From contig NZ_JAUYTT010000005.1 in the NCBI RefSeq assembly GCF_030695035.1, positions 131,012 through 195,011 on the forward strand: a stretch of DNA of 64,000 bases, read 5' to 3'. This document shows, in pieces, positions 40,116 to 50,146 of the stretch. Within the stretch, counting starts at the first letter, position 1; every line of letters starts with the position of its first letter. The notes beneath the pieces were generated by a model that did no database searches, had not been told where the DNA came from, and was given only the letters and a program-made list of their open reading frames with translations. Both the position numbers and the translations under genes were made by a program. This DNA comes from Frigidibacter sp. (lineage in GTDB: Bacteria; Pseudomonadota; Alphaproteobacteria; Rhodobacterales; Rhodobacteraceae).

Positions 40116-41620
40116 CTCCGGTCGTCCAGACCGAGGCCGGCCGCGTCTCGGGCCTGATCGAGCCGGGGGGCACCTACGCCTTCCTCGGCGTGCCCTATGC
40201 CGCGCCGGTGACCGAGGCGCGGCGCTTCGAGGCGCCCGCGCCGGTGGAGCCCTGGGAAGGGGTGCGCCAGTGTTACCGGCACGGGCCGGTCTGCCCGCAG
40301 CTGCCGACCTATGGCCCGGTCGGCACCGCGGCAGCCTCGGATCTGGCGCAAGGCTTAGATTTTCTAAGCCTCAATATACGCACTCCGACCCTGTTTGGTC
40401 GGGTGCCGGTGCTGGTCTGGATCCACGGCGGCGGCTATGCCGTCGGCTCCGCGAATGAACCCGTGGTGCAGTCTGGCGCCTTCGCCGCCTCGGGCGTGGT
40501 CGAGGTGACGGTGAACTATCGCCTTGGCGCGCTTGGATTTCTCAGCCTGCCGGGCAAGCCCGAGAACCGCGGGCTGCTGGACCAGATCGCCGCGCTGCAC
40601 TGGATCCAACGCAACATCGCCTTCTTCGGCGGTGATCCCGCCCAAGTCACCTTCGCCGGCCGATCCGCAGGCGGCTTCGCGGTGGCGGCAGTCATGGCCA
40701 TGCCCGCCGCCCGCGGTTTGTTCGCGCGGGCAATGCCGCAGTCCGGCGCCTCGACCGGGCTGGCGATGCCGGAGGATGCGGCGAAGCTGACGCGCCGCAT
40801 GGCGGCGGCGCTTGGCACCGACGTGGCCGGGGTCGCCGACGTGCCGTTGAAGGCGTTGATCGCCGCGCAGCGCGACCTGTGCAACGAAAGCTATGACCGC
40901 CACGACGCCGCGCGCGACGGGCGGGCGTCGATGCTGGGCGTGCCCTTCGTGCCGGTGATCGACGGCAACAGCCTGCCGGAGCACCCCGAGGCGGCGGCGG
41001 AGCGCGGCGAGACGGCGGCGGTGCCGATGATGATCGGCTGCACCACGGCGGAATACCTGACGCATTCGACGGTGCTGCCCGCGGACCTGACCTATAAGGT
41101 GGCCGCGCGGCTTCTGGATCAGCGCGTGCGCCCACTAGCGCTGACCGGCGCGCAGATCGTGGCCCGCTACCGCAAGGCGCTGCCGGACCACAGCCCGCAG
41201 GGGATCTGGCGCGCGGTGGGCGGCGATCTGGTGTTCCAGTGCCCTGCGATCCGCTTTGCACGCGCCCATGCCCGCCATCAGCCGGTGTGGAAATACCTCT
41301 GGGGCGCGCTTGCCCCCGATGAGACCGGCGCCGCGCATGGGGCCGAGGTGGGCGAGGTCTGGTATCGCCCCGGCATGGACCAGTCCACCCGCCCCGAGCG
41401 CCAGCGCATCAGCGATCAGGAAGCCGCCTCGCGGACGCACCAACTGTGGTTGTCCTTCATCCGGGGCGAGACGCCGGCCACCGGCGGTGTTACCACCCCA
41501 GCATATACCGCCCGCGATCCGCGGTTGATCTGGCTGCGCCCGGACGGGGCCGAGATCACCCGCGACCCGTTCGAGGCGCGCATGGCCCTGTGGGCCGTCG
41601 ACTGCACAGCACAAGGATGA
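40112..41620 (+). CDS. Type B carboxylesterase/lipase family protein
   Basis: [10 protein letters not shown] oxyanion region and [17 protein letters not shown] nucleophile elbow. It has a GTGA overlap. Confidence 0.88.
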   Translation: MTPVVQTEAGRVSGLIEPGGTYAFLGVPYAAPVTEARRFEAPAPVEPWEGVRQCYRHGPVCPQLPTYGPVGTAAASDLAQGLDFLSLNIRTPTLFGRVPVLVWIHGGGYAVGSANEPVVQSGAFAASGVVEVTVNYRLGALGFLSLPGKPENRGLLDQIAALHWIQRNIAFFGGDPAQVTFAGRSAGGFAVAAVMAMPAARGLFARAMPQSGASTGLAMPEDAAKLTRRMAAALGTDVAGVADVPLKALIAAQRDLCNESYDRHDAARDGRASMLGVPFVPVIDGNSLPEHPEAAAERGETAAVPMMIGCTTAEYLTHSTVLPADLTYKVAARLLDQRVRPLALTGAQIVARYRKALPDHSPQGIWRAVGGDLVFQCPAIRFARAHARHQPVWKYLWGALAPDETGAAHGAEVGEVWYRPGMDQSTRPERQRISDQEAASRTHQLWLSFIRGETPATGGVTTPAYTARDPRLIWLRPDGAEITRDPFEARMALWAVDCTAQG

Positions 41621-42744
41621 CCAAGATGCCTGATCCCTGCCTTTGCCCCGACCTTGCGCCCCTGCCGGATTGCAAGAACCGGGACTGGGCCCGCCGCGCC
41701 ATCGCGCTGCTGGAGGGGGATGGCCGCCGGTCTGCCGATACCCATCTGGTCAAGCCGGCCTTTTCCGGGCTGGGGGACATCCAGATCTATCTGAAGGATG
41801 AAAGCACCCATCCCACCGGCAGCCTCAAGCACCGGCTGGCGCGGTCGCTGTTCCTGTATGGCATCTGCAACGGGCGCATCGGGGAAGGCACAACACTGGT
41901 CGAGGCCTCCTCCGGCTCCACCGCCGTGTCCGAGGCCTATTTCGCGCATCTTCTGGGGCTGCCGTTCATCGCGGTCATGCCCCGCTCGACCAGCCCGTCG
42001 AAGATCGACGCGATCAGGTGCTTTGGCGGGCGCTGCCATTTCGTGGACCATGCAGGCGAAGTCTATGCCACGGCCGAGAGGCTGGCGGCGGAAAGCGGCG
42101 GCCATTACCTCGACCAGTTCACCTATGCCGAGCGGGCGACGGATTGGCGCGGCAACAACAACATCGCCGAAAGCATCTTTGCGCAGATGCAGGGCGAGGA
42201 GCATCCGGTGCCCGACTGGCTGGTGATGAGCGCGGGCACGGGCGGCACCTCGGCCACGCTTGGCCGCTATATCCGCTACCGCAACCTTGCCTCGCGGCTG
42301 TGCGTGGTCGATGTGGAAAACTCCGCCTTCTATGACGCCTGGGTCAGCGGCGACCGCGAGGTGACCGCGCCCGGCAGCCGGATCGAGGGGATCGGGCGGC
42401 CGCGGGTGGAGCCGTCGTTCATTCCGGGCGTGATCGACCATATGATCCGCGTGCCCGATGCTGCCTCCATCGCTGCGGCGCATGTGCTGTCGGACCGGCT
42501 GTTCCGCCGCGTCGGCGCCTCGACCGGCACCAACTTCTTCGGCCTGCTGTGGATCGCGGCCAATATGCGGCGCGAAGGCAAGTCCGGCTCGCTGGTGACG
42601 CTGATCTGCGACAGCGGGGACCGATATGCCGCAACCTATTACAATCCCGAGTGGCTGGCTGCGAACAGCCTCGACATCGCGCCGTGGCGGCGGATGATCG
42701 AGACATTCCTGAACACCGGGATCTGGTCCGAATGCAGCCCATGA
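41617..42744 (+). CDS. PLP-dependent cysteine synthase / cystathionine beta-synthase fold (type II) family protein
   Basis: NPTGSLKHR-type lysine motif ([11 protein letters not shown]) and [13 protein letters not shown] loops. It has an ATGA overlap. Confidence 0.85.
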   Translation: MTKMPDPCLCPDLAPLPDCKNRDWARRAIALLEGDGRRSADTHLVKPAFSGLGDIQIYLKDESTHPTGSLKHRLARSLFLYGICNGRIGEGTTLVEASSGSTAVSEAYFAHLLGLPFIAVMPRSTSPSKIDAIRCFGGRCHFVDHAGEVYATAERLAAESGGHYLDQFTYAERATDWRGNNNIAESIFAQMQGEEHPVPDWLVMSAGTGGTSATLGRYIRYRNLASRLCVVDVENSAFYDAWVSGDREVTAPGSRIEGIGRPRVEPSFIPGVIDHMIRVPDAASIAAAHVLSDRLFRRVGASTGTNFFGLLWIAANMRREGKSGSLVTLICDSGDRYAATYYNPEWLAANSLDIAPWRRMIETFLNTGIWSECSP

Positions 42745-43688
42745 CGAGCCCCTATCTGGATACGCGGCAGCTGGAAGCCTTTGTCGCGGTGATCTCGATT
42801 GGCTCCATGACCGGGGCCGCGCGGGCGCTTGGCCGCTCGCAGCCGGTGGTGACGCGGCTGATCCAGGAACTGGAGGCGGAACTGGGTTTCCCGCTGCTGC
42901 ATCGCAACGGGCCGCGCATCTCACCGACCCAGCAAGGCGTGGCGTTCTATGGGCAGGCCGAGGTGATCCTTGGTGGGTTGCGCACCATTGCCGAGCGGGC
43001 GCGGGGCATCGCGGGCGCCGCACCGCAGCCCATCGAAATTGCCTCGTTGCCGTCGCTGGCTGCCAGCGTGGTGCCGAAGGTTCTGGCGGGACTGACCGAA
43101 GGCGAGACGCCGGCGCGCATCCATCTGCGCACCGCCGCGGCCGAGGCCATCGTGCAGGCCGTGGCCGACCGCACCGCCGATATCGGGCTGACCTCGCTGC
43201 CGCTGGACAACCCGGGGGTGGAGGTTCACTGGACGGCGGAAGTGCCTTGCGTCGCTGTCGTGTCCACCAGCCACCGCCTTGCCGGTCGCGCCGAGATCAC
43301 GCCCGAGGATCTTGTCGGCGAGCGGATGATCGCCTCGCACAATCCCTACCGGCTGCGCCTTGCGATCAATCAGGCGCTTGGGTCCTTCGATGTGACGCCG
43401 ATGGCGCTGATCGACAGCAACTCCAGCCCGGTGTCGATTGCGTTGGCGCGCGAGGGGCTTGGCGTGGCGGTGGTGGAGCCGCTGACGATGACGGGCCTGC
43501 CCGTGGCGGGTGTCGCCGTGATCCCGCTGAGCTTTCACATCCCGTTCCGCTTTGGCGTGATCACTGCGGCGGGCCGGCCCCTGCCGCCGCTGGTCCAGCG
43601 GCTGATCGGCGACATCAAGGCGCAGCTGGCGGCTCTGGTGCCGGGCTACCGCCTGCTGGACGATGCCGATACAGGCAAAGCCTGCTAG
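42741..43688 (+). CDS. LysR family transcriptional regulator
   Basis: [38 protein letters not shown]. Its ATGA overlaps the preceding enzyme gene. Confidence 0.9.
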   Translation: MTSPYLDTRQLEAFVAVISIGSMTGAARALGRSQPVVTRLIQELEAELGFPLLHRNGPRISPTQQGVAFYGQAEVILGGLRTIAERARGIAGAAPQPIEIASLPSLAASVVPKVLAGLTEGETPARIHLRTAAAEAIVQAVADRTADIGLTSLPLDNPGVEVHWTAEVPCVAVVSTSHRLAGRAEITPEDLVGERMIASHNPYRLRLAINQALGSFDVTPMALIDSNSSPVSIALAREGLGVAVVEPLTMTGLPVAGVAVIPLSFHIPFRFGVITAAGRPLPPLVQRLIGDIKAQLAALVPGYRLLDDADTGKAC

Positions 43689-43842
43689 CTTGGACCCTCG
43701 GACGCGAACCATTCGGCAAGTATATCAACGTCGAAGGCGGCTTGGAGTATGACAGCGTCATGCAGCTACGCCTCGTAAATGTTTTCTGATCACTTCCCGG
43801 CCCGGTGGCGTCTTGGGCCGGACCACGCAAGAAGGACCAACC

Positions 43843-44763
43843 GTGCCCAAGACCATCATCTCCTGCGCCATCACCGGCTCGATCCACACGCCCTCCATGT
43901 CGCCCTACCTGCCGGTGACGGCAGACCAGATCGCCGAATCCGCCATCGGCGCGGCAGAGGCGGGGGCGGCAATCCTCCACCTGCACGCGCGGGTGCCCGA
44001 AACCGGTGCGCCCAGCCAGGACCCTGTGCTCTACGCCGCCTTCCTGCCCCGCATCCGCGAGGCAACCGATGCCATCGTGAACATCACCACCGGTGGCGGC
44101 CTTGGTATGTCCTTGGAGGCCCGCATCGCCCCTGCCTTGCAGGCCGCGCCAGAGCTGGCCTCGCTCAACATGGGGTCGTTCAACTTCAACATCTCTGCGG
44201 CCGAAAAGGCGCTGAAGGATCCCCAGCCCTGGGAGGTCGACTACCTGCGCAGCACCCGCAACCTGATCATGTCGAACACCTTCACCCAGATCGAGGAAGT
44301 GGTGACGCGGCTCTCGGCGCAGGGCACGCGGTTCGAGTTCGAGTGTTATGACACCGGCCACCTCTACAACCTCGCGCATTTTGCCGATGCGGGCCTGATC
44401 AAGCCGCCGTTCTTCGTGCAGGCGATCTTTGGCGTCACCGGCGCGCAGGGCACCGACCCGGAAAACCTGATGCACATGAAGGCCACCGCTGACCGCCTGT
44501 TCGGGAAGGATTACCTGCTGTCTGTCCTGGGCGCGGGCCGGGCGCAATTTCCACTGGTCACCATGGGTGCGATCCTTGGGGGGCATGTGCGCGTCGGGCT
44601 GGAGGACAACCTGTATATCGCCAAGGGGGAACTGGCAAAAAGCAACGCGCAGATGGTCGCCAAGGTGCGCCGCATCCTCGAAGAACTGGGCCACGAGATC
44701 GCCACCCCCGACGAGGCCCGCGCCCTGCTGGCGACCAAGGGCGCGGACAAGGTCGCGTTCTGA
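43843..44763 (+). CDS. Beta-keto acid cleavage enzyme (BKACE/DUF849, 3-keto-5-aminohexanoate cleavage-like)
   Basis: IISCAITGS...AGAAILHLHAR...NITTGGG motifs. I prefer the GTG at 43843 with a GAAGGA RBS; a TTG at 43813 is an alternative start. Confidence 0.85.
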   Translation: MPKTIISCAITGSIHTPSMSPYLPVTADQIAESAIGAAEAGAAILHLHARVPETGAPSQDPVLYAAFLPRIREATDAIVNITTGGGLGMSLEARIAPALQAAPELASLNMGSFNFNISAAEKALKDPQPWEVDYLRSTRNLIMSNTFTQIEEVVTRLSAQGTRFEFECYDTGHLYNLAHFADAGLIKPPFFVQAIFGVTGAQGTDPENLMHMKATADRLFGKDYLLSVLGAGRAQFPLVTMGAILGGHVRVGLEDNLYIAKGELAKSNAQMVAKVRRILEELGHEIATPDEARALLATKGADKVAF

Positions 44764-44986
44764 TGACGACCGGATAAGTAGATTCTGGGCGCGTCTGGGG
44801 GAGGCGGAGCCGATGCCCGGGGGCCTTCCTCAAGATCCCGTCAAACCAGCCCAACTGGCGCAACTGCACGCTTCGCTTCTGCCAGCTTCGTAGCGAGACG
44901 GCGAAGGACCGTGTCGGCCGGCAGGGTATCTTCGGGGCATGGCGCTGCGGCTTGCGGGCAGCGTTCCCCTGCCGCAGACTCGGGCG

Positions 44987-45675
44987 ATGTTCAACCTGCC
45001 CAGCCTCGAGATCAAGCCGGCGCGCGCACTGGCAATGACGCAAGACCTGCGTGCCGCCATCGGGCTGCTTCGCTGCACGAACACCGAGCTTTCGGGCGAA
45101 CTGGAACGGCTGGGAGGCGGAGATCCGTGCCTGCAGATCGTGCCAAGCCCCTCCAGCAGATCGCGTCGATCTGGCAGGACCTACGGACCACGCCCCCACC
45201 TGCCCCGCAGGGGCTTGGCAGGTCTCGGCGGAGCATAGGGCGGCCGGCGCGCCGGGGCTGCATGACCATGTTCGCCGACAGATCGGGATGATGTTCCGCG
45301 ATGAGCGGCAGCACCAACTGGCGCTGTGCTTTGCGGATGCGCTTGAACCCACGGGTGGCTGGGCCTGTCCGTCGCCGGGATTGCACAATCCTGCGGGGTG
45401 CCGCTGCACGAGGCCGAGGCGGTTCTGGCCCGGCTGCAGCAGGTCGAGCCGGCGGGGCTGTTTGCGCGCCCGCTTGCAAGATTTCGGCCGCCTCGGTTCG
45501 CCACCAGATTGCCGCGCTGATTGCGGCCCAGCGCCCCGAGGCACCGCTGAGCGAAGCGGCGATTGCAGCGCATTTCCAGGCTCAAGGTGTCACATTGGCA
45601 CGGCGCACCGTGGTGAAGTATCGCGAGATGCTGAAGCTTCCTGCCGCCGTGCGTCGTCGCATGGCGCCGCGGTAG
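44987..45675 (+). pseudogene. rpoN: Sigma-54 (rpoN) relic: internally collapsed and frameshifted
   Basis: Region-I-like N-terminus MFNLPSLEIKPARALAMTQDLRAAIGLLRCTNTELSGELERL. Core-binding-like pieces lie in two other frames (LHDHVRRQIG..., LGLSVAGIAQSCGVPLHEAEAVLARLQQVEPAGLFAR). The RpoN box ARRTVVKYREMLKLP at 45598..45642 precedes the stop. The total is about 0.7 kb against roughly 1.3-1.5 kb for intact rpoN. Confidence 0.65.
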
Positions 45676-45842
45676 CCCCTGGCACGTAAGGCATCGCCAT
45701 TCGGCACGCAGCGAGGGGCGCGCAGGCCGCGCATCTTGCGTGGAATCTGCGCGAAGATTTTGCCGCTGACGGGGCGCAAGGCGCCTGACAGCGGCCGATT
45801 ATCGCGCTGGCACCGGGGCCCCCGCGCCCCTAATATGGCGGA

Positions 45843-46271
45843 ATGAGCGATCCAACAGATGAACAGGTTGCCGATCTTGCCGCTGCGCTGGATGTGTTTT
45901 CGCGGCGCTTCAAGCTGACGGATGTCGGCGCCGGCCGGGCGCTTGCCGAGATCGACAAGCACATCTTGCACTATGTCGAGGCGCATCCCGATTGCGGGCC
46001 GACGGATGTGGCGCGCAGTTTCGGCGTGGCCATGACGACGATTTCGTCGGCAACCGACCGCCTTGCCAAGCGCGGGCTGCTGGAACGGCTGCGCCCCTCG
46101 GACGACCGGCGGGCCGTTGCGCTGCGGCTCACGGCCGATGGCACAAGCTACACGGCCGACCACAAACGCGCCTACATGGTCATGTTCAGGGCGATGCTGG
46201 CCCCACTGTCGCCGGCGGAGCGGGATGCGTTTGTGGCCATGATGACGAAAATCGCATCATACGAGTCTTGA
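45843..46271 (+). CDS. MarR family transcriptional regulator
   Basis: 142 aa with a winged-helix core (PTDVARSFGVAMTTISSATDRLAKRGLLER..DRR). Confidence 0.88.
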   Translation: MSDPTDEQVADLAAALDVFSRRFKLTDVGAGRALAEIDKHILHYVEAHPDCGPTDVARSFGVAMTTISSATDRLAKRGLLERLRPSDDRRAVALRLTADGTSYTADHKRAYMVMFRAMLAPLSPAERDAFVAMMTKIASYES

Positions 46272-46341
46272 ATACTACGAACTACGTATTAAACTGATAG
46301 CCACTCGTCATCGCTCCAGCCAGAAGCAAGGGGATGCAGAC

Positions 46342-46845
46342 ATGGCCATATCCGTCAACGGGACCGACATTCCCATCCCCGATGACCCGCGCGTTTCGCT
46401 GCTGGATCTGCTGCGGGAACGCGCGCATCTGACCGGCACGAAGGTCGGGTGCAATCAGGGGGCCTGCGGCGCCTGCACCGTGCTGGTCGACGGCGAGCGG
46501 GTGCTGTCTTGCCTGACCCTCGCCGTGCAGGCCGATGGCCGCACGGTCACCACGATTGAGGGGCTCGGCGATGGCGCGACCCTTCACCCCCTGCAGCAGG
46601 CCTTCATCGACCATGACGGTTTTCAATGCGGCTATTGCACCCCCGGCCAGATCTGCGCCGCCGTTGCCATGCTGCGCGAGCTTCAAGGCGGCGTGCCAAG
46701 CTATGTCACCGCCGATCTGGCGGGGCCCGGGGCGCCGACGGCAGAGGAAATCCGCGAACGGATGAGCGGGAACCTGTGCCGCTGCGGTGCGCATAACGGC
46801 ATCGTCGAGGCGATCTTGCAGGTCGCGAAGGAGCAGGCGGCATGA
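46342..46845 (+). CDS. Xanthine dehydrogenase family [2Fe-2S] small subunit (PaoA/YagT-like, no signal peptide)
   Basis: CNQGACGACTV and QCGYCTPG..CRCG cluster motifs. Confidence 0.92.
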   Translation: MAISVNGTDIPIPDDPRVSLLDLLRERAHLTGTKVGCNQGACGACTVLVDGERVLSCLTLAVQADGRTVTTIEGLGDGATLHPLQQAFIDHDGFQCGYCTPGQICAAVAMLRELQGGVPSYVTADLAGPGAPTAEEIRERMSGNLCRCGAHNGIVEAILQVAKEQAA

Positions 46846-47828
46846 TCCCGTTCACCTTCGCCCGCGCCACCTCTCCCGAAGACGCCCTTGGACTTGCCGC
46901 GCTGGAGGGGCACCGGCTGCTGGGGGGCGGCACCAACCTTGTCGACCTGATGCGCAAGGGTGTCGAGCATCCGGTAACGCTCGTGGACGTCACCGCGCTG
47001 TCCTCGGATATCAGCGAAACGGCCCAAGGCGGCCTGCTGATCGGCGGCGCCACCCGCAACACCGCGCTGGCCGCCCATCCGCTGGTTCGGACGCGCTATC
47101 CGGTCCTGTCGCGCGCCATCCTTGCGGGCGCTTCGGCGCAGATCCGTAACATGGCCACGGTTGCGGGCAATATCCTGCAGCGCAGCCGCTGCGCCTATTT
47201 CAACGACCCCGCCGCCTCTCGCTGCAACAAGCGCCTCCCCGGCAGTGGCTGCGATGCGCGCGAGGGCCTCAACCGCTATCACGCGATCCTCGGCGGCTCT
47301 GCCTCCTGCATCTCGGCCCACCCGTCGGACATGTGCGTGGCGCTGGTCGCGCTGGACGCGCAGGTCCACCTGCTCGGGCTGGCCGGGGCCAGAACGGTGC
47401 CGCTGGCGGAGTTCTACCGCCTGCCCGGCGAGACGCCGCAGATCGAGACCGTCATGGCCCCGGGCGAGATCATCACCGCCATCGAGCTGCCACCCTTGCC
47501 GGTTGCGGCGCGGTCGGCCTATCGCAAGGTCCGCGACCGCGCGAGCTATGCCTTCGCGCTGGTTTCGGTCGCGGCCTGTGCCAGCGTGCAGGACGGCGTG
47601 CTGACAGAGCTGCGGCTGGCCTTTGGCGGCATCGCGCCAAAGCCGTGGCGGGCTCTGCGCGCCGAACAGGCGCTGCTTGGCGGCCCGGTCACGCGCGACG
47701 CGGTTTTCGCGGCGATGGATCTGGAACTGGCGGAGGCCGCGCCGCTGGCCGGCAACGCCTTCAAACTGGAACTGGCACGGCGGACCGCATTTGCCGTGCT
47801 TGCCGATCTGACCGGAGAGACAGCATGA
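46842..47828 (+). CDS. Xanthine dehydrogenase family FAD-binding medium subunit (PaoB/CoxM-like)
   Basis: LLGGGTNLVDLMR FAD-binding PCMH motif. It has an ATGA overlap. Confidence 0.9.
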   Translation: MIPFTFARATSPEDALGLAALEGHRLLGGGTNLVDLMRKGVEHPVTLVDVTALSSDISETAQGGLLIGGATRNTALAAHPLVRTRYPVLSRAILAGASAQIRNMATVAGNILQRSRCAYFNDPAASRCNKRLPGSGCDAREGLNRYHAILGGSASCISAHPSDMCVALVALDAQVHLLGLAGARTVPLAEFYRLPGETPQIETVMAPGEIITAIELPPLPVAARSAYRKVRDRASYAFALVSVAACASVQDGVLTELRLAFGGIAPKPWRALRAEQALLGGPVTRDAVFAAMDLELAEAAPLAGNAFKLELARRTAFAVLADLTGETA

Positions 47829-50137
47829 GCAGGGTTCAGAATGCCGTCATCGGCTCGGTCAAGACGGTGCTTGGCTGGATGCCGGAACGCTGGCTTCCCG
47901 GCGGCACGCCCGATCCGCTGATCGGGCGGCATGGCGAGGTCGGGCGCCAGGCCTCGCGCCTCGACGGACCGCAGAAGGTCCAGGGCAAGGCCCGCTTTTC
48001 GGCGGAAGTTGCGATGGAGGGCATGTGCTATGCCGCGCTGATCAACAGCCCCATCACCCGCGGCCGCATCGCGCGGCTGGACACCGCCGCGGCCGAGGCG
48101 GCGCCCGGCGTGGTGCTGGTCCTGACCCACCGCAACATGCCGCGGCTGGAGATCGTGCCGGTGATGAGCATCACCAACATGGGCGCCGTCGGCAACAGCG
48201 CGCTGCCGATCCTGCAGGACGACCAGATCCGCTATAACGGTCAGGTGATCGCGCTGGTGCTTGCCGAAACGCAGGAGCAGGCCGACCATGCCGCAACGCT
48301 GGTCGGGATCGGTTATGAAGAGGCCCCGGCGCGGACGCGGTTCGAGGAGGCGAAATCCAGCGCCCGCAGCCTCGCCTCAATCATGGTCGAGAAGAACCAG
48401 GTCTCCGTGGGGGATGCGCCGCGCGAATTGCAGCAGGCGCCCTACAGTGTTGACAACATCTATCGCACGCCGGGCCACAATCACGCGGCCATCGAGTTGC
48501 ACGCGGTCACCACCGCCTGGGACGGCGATGCGCTGACGCTGCACGATTCGACGCAGGCGATTGCGCCGACCGCCAATGCGCTGGCCAAGCTGTTCGGCGT
48601 CAAGCGCGAGGGCGTTCGCGTGCTGTCGCCCTTCGTCGGTGGCGGCTTCGGCGGCAAGGCGTTCTGGGATCATCAGGTGGTGGCCATCGCCGCCGCCCGG
48701 ATCGCCGCCCGCCCGGTGCGCCTGATGCTCAGCCGCGAGGCGGTCTACCGGATGATCGGCGGTCGCACACCAACCGAACAGCGGGTGGCGCTGGCGGCTG
48801 ATCACGAAGGCAAGTTCACCGCGGTTGTCCACACCGGCTATTCCGTCATGCCGACCTATGCAGTCTGCCCGGAGCAATACTCCCTTGGCAGCCGGGCGGC
48901 CTATCGCTCGAAGACCTACCAGTTCGGGCAGCGCCACCTCGACCTCGACGTGGTGCCCAACACCTATATGCGTGGTCCGGGCGAGTCGGTCGGCAGCTTT
49001 GCGATGGAAAGCGCCGTGGACGAGCTGGCGCACCAAATGGCCATCGACCCGATCGAGCTGCGCCGGCGCAACGAGCCGGACAAACACCCGCTGTCCGGCA
49101 CCGCCTTCTCGCAGCGCGGGGTGCTGGAAGCGTATCGCATGGGCGCCGAGCGGTTCGGCTGGGACCAACGCAGCGCGCAGCCCGGCACCCGGCGCGACGG
49201 TGAATGGCTGACGGGCATGGGCTGCGCCACGGGCAGCTTCCCCTATGTGCGGATGCCAGCGGGCGCGGTGCGCATCCATCTGACGAAAGGTGGGCAGGCA
49301 ACCGTCTCCTGCTCGGCCCAGGACATGGGCATGGGCACCTCGACCGTGCAAAGCCAGCATGCCGCCGACAGGCTGGGCCTGCCGCTGGACGCAATCACCT
49401 TCGAGATGGGCGATTCCGACCTGCCCCCTGCCCCGATGGCAGGCGGCTCGGCGCAGACGGTGTCGATTGCCGCCGCCATTGCTGCGGCGGCCGACAAGCT
49501 GGCGGGCGAATTGCTGCGGCTTGCCGGCAATGCCAGCCCGGTCGCGGGCCTGCGCGCCGGCGAGGTGCGGCTGGTCGATGGAAGTCTGGTCAGCCTTGAG
49601 AACCCTTCGCGCCGCGACAGCTTCCACGCCATCCTGTCCCGCGCGGGGCGCGAGGCGGTCGCCGTGACCGCCAGCGCCAGCGCGCCGCTGGAGATGCTCA
49701 AGTTCGCCATGCAAAGCATGTCCGCGATCTTCTGCGAGGCGCGGGTCAGCGAGGTGACCGGCGAAGTGCGGGTGACGCGCCTCTTGGGGTCGTTCGACTG
49801 CGGCACGATCCTGAACCCCAAGACCGCCGCCAGCCAGTTCCGCGGCGGCATGATCATGGGGCTGGGGATGGCGCTGACCGAGGAAACCCTGTTCGACGAA
49901 CGCAGCGGCCGGATCATGAACGCCAACCTGGCCGACTATCACATCCCCGCCCATCTGGATGTGCCCGAGATCGACGTGATCTGGACCGGCATCCCCGACC
50001 CCAGATCGCCACTGGGCGCGCGCGGGATCGGCGAGGTGGGCATCACCGGCGTTGCCGCAGCCATCGCCAACGCCGTGTTCAACGCCACCGGCAAGCGCGT
50101 GAGGGACCTGCCCCTGACGCTCGACAAATTGCTGTAA
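47825..50137 (+). CDS. Xanthine dehydrogenase family molybdopterin-binding large subunit (PaoC-like aldehyde oxidoreductase)
   Basis: About 770 aa with GGGFGGK and GIGEVG motifs. I chose the ATG at 47825 (ATGA overlap). Confidence 0.92.
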   Translation: MSRVQNAVIGSVKTVLGWMPERWLPGGTPDPLIGRHGEVGRQASRLDGPQKVQGKARFSAEVAMEGMCYAALINSPITRGRIARLDTAAAEAAPGVVLVLTHRNMPRLEIVPVMSITNMGAVGNSALPILQDDQIRYNGQVIALVLAETQEQADHAATLVGIGYEEAPARTRFEEAKSSARSLASIMVEKNQVSVGDAPRELQQAPYSVDNIYRTPGHNHAAIELHAVTTAWDGDALTLHDSTQAIAPTANALAKLFGVKREGVRVLSPFVGGGFGGKAFWDHQVVAIAAARIAARPVRLMLSREAVYRMIGGRTPTEQRVALAADHEGKFTAVVHTGYSVMPTYAVCPEQYSLGSRAAYRSKTYQFGQRHLDLDVVPNTYMRGPGESVGSFAMESAVDELAHQMAIDPIELRRRNEPDKHPLSGTAFSQRGVLEAYRMGAERFGWDQRSAQPGTRRDGEWLTGMGCATGSFPYVRMPAGAVRIHLTKGGQATVSCSAQDMGMGTSTVQSQHAADRLGLPLDAITFEMGDSDLPPAPMAGGSAQTVSIAAAIAAAADKLAGELLRLAGNASPVAGLRAGEVRLVDGSLVSLENPSRRDSFHAILSRAGREAVAVTASASAPLEMLKFAMQSMSAIFCEARVSEVTGEVRVTRLLGSFDCGTILNPKTAASQFRGGMIMGLGMALTEETLFDERSGRIMNANLADYHIPAHLDVPEIDVIWTGIPDPRSPLGARGIGEVGITGVAAAIANAVFNATGKRVRDLPLTLDKLL

Positions 50138-50146
50138 GGTCACCAG

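Noticed and set aside
40660-40680. The carboxylesterase nucleophile elbow reads GRSAG instead of the usual GESAG.
   Set aside because: The family signature only requires G-x-S-x-G. The Ser, the oxyanion HGGG-type region and a candidate catalytic His (GAAHGAEV) are all present. It is most likely an active variant and is not evidence of a pseudoenzyme.
45680-45695. A TGGCAC motif just after the rpoN relic, considered as a sigma-54 -24/-12 promoter.
   Set aside because: The following GC dinucleotide lies 10 bp from the GG rather than the canonical 12 bp, and no TTGC element is present.
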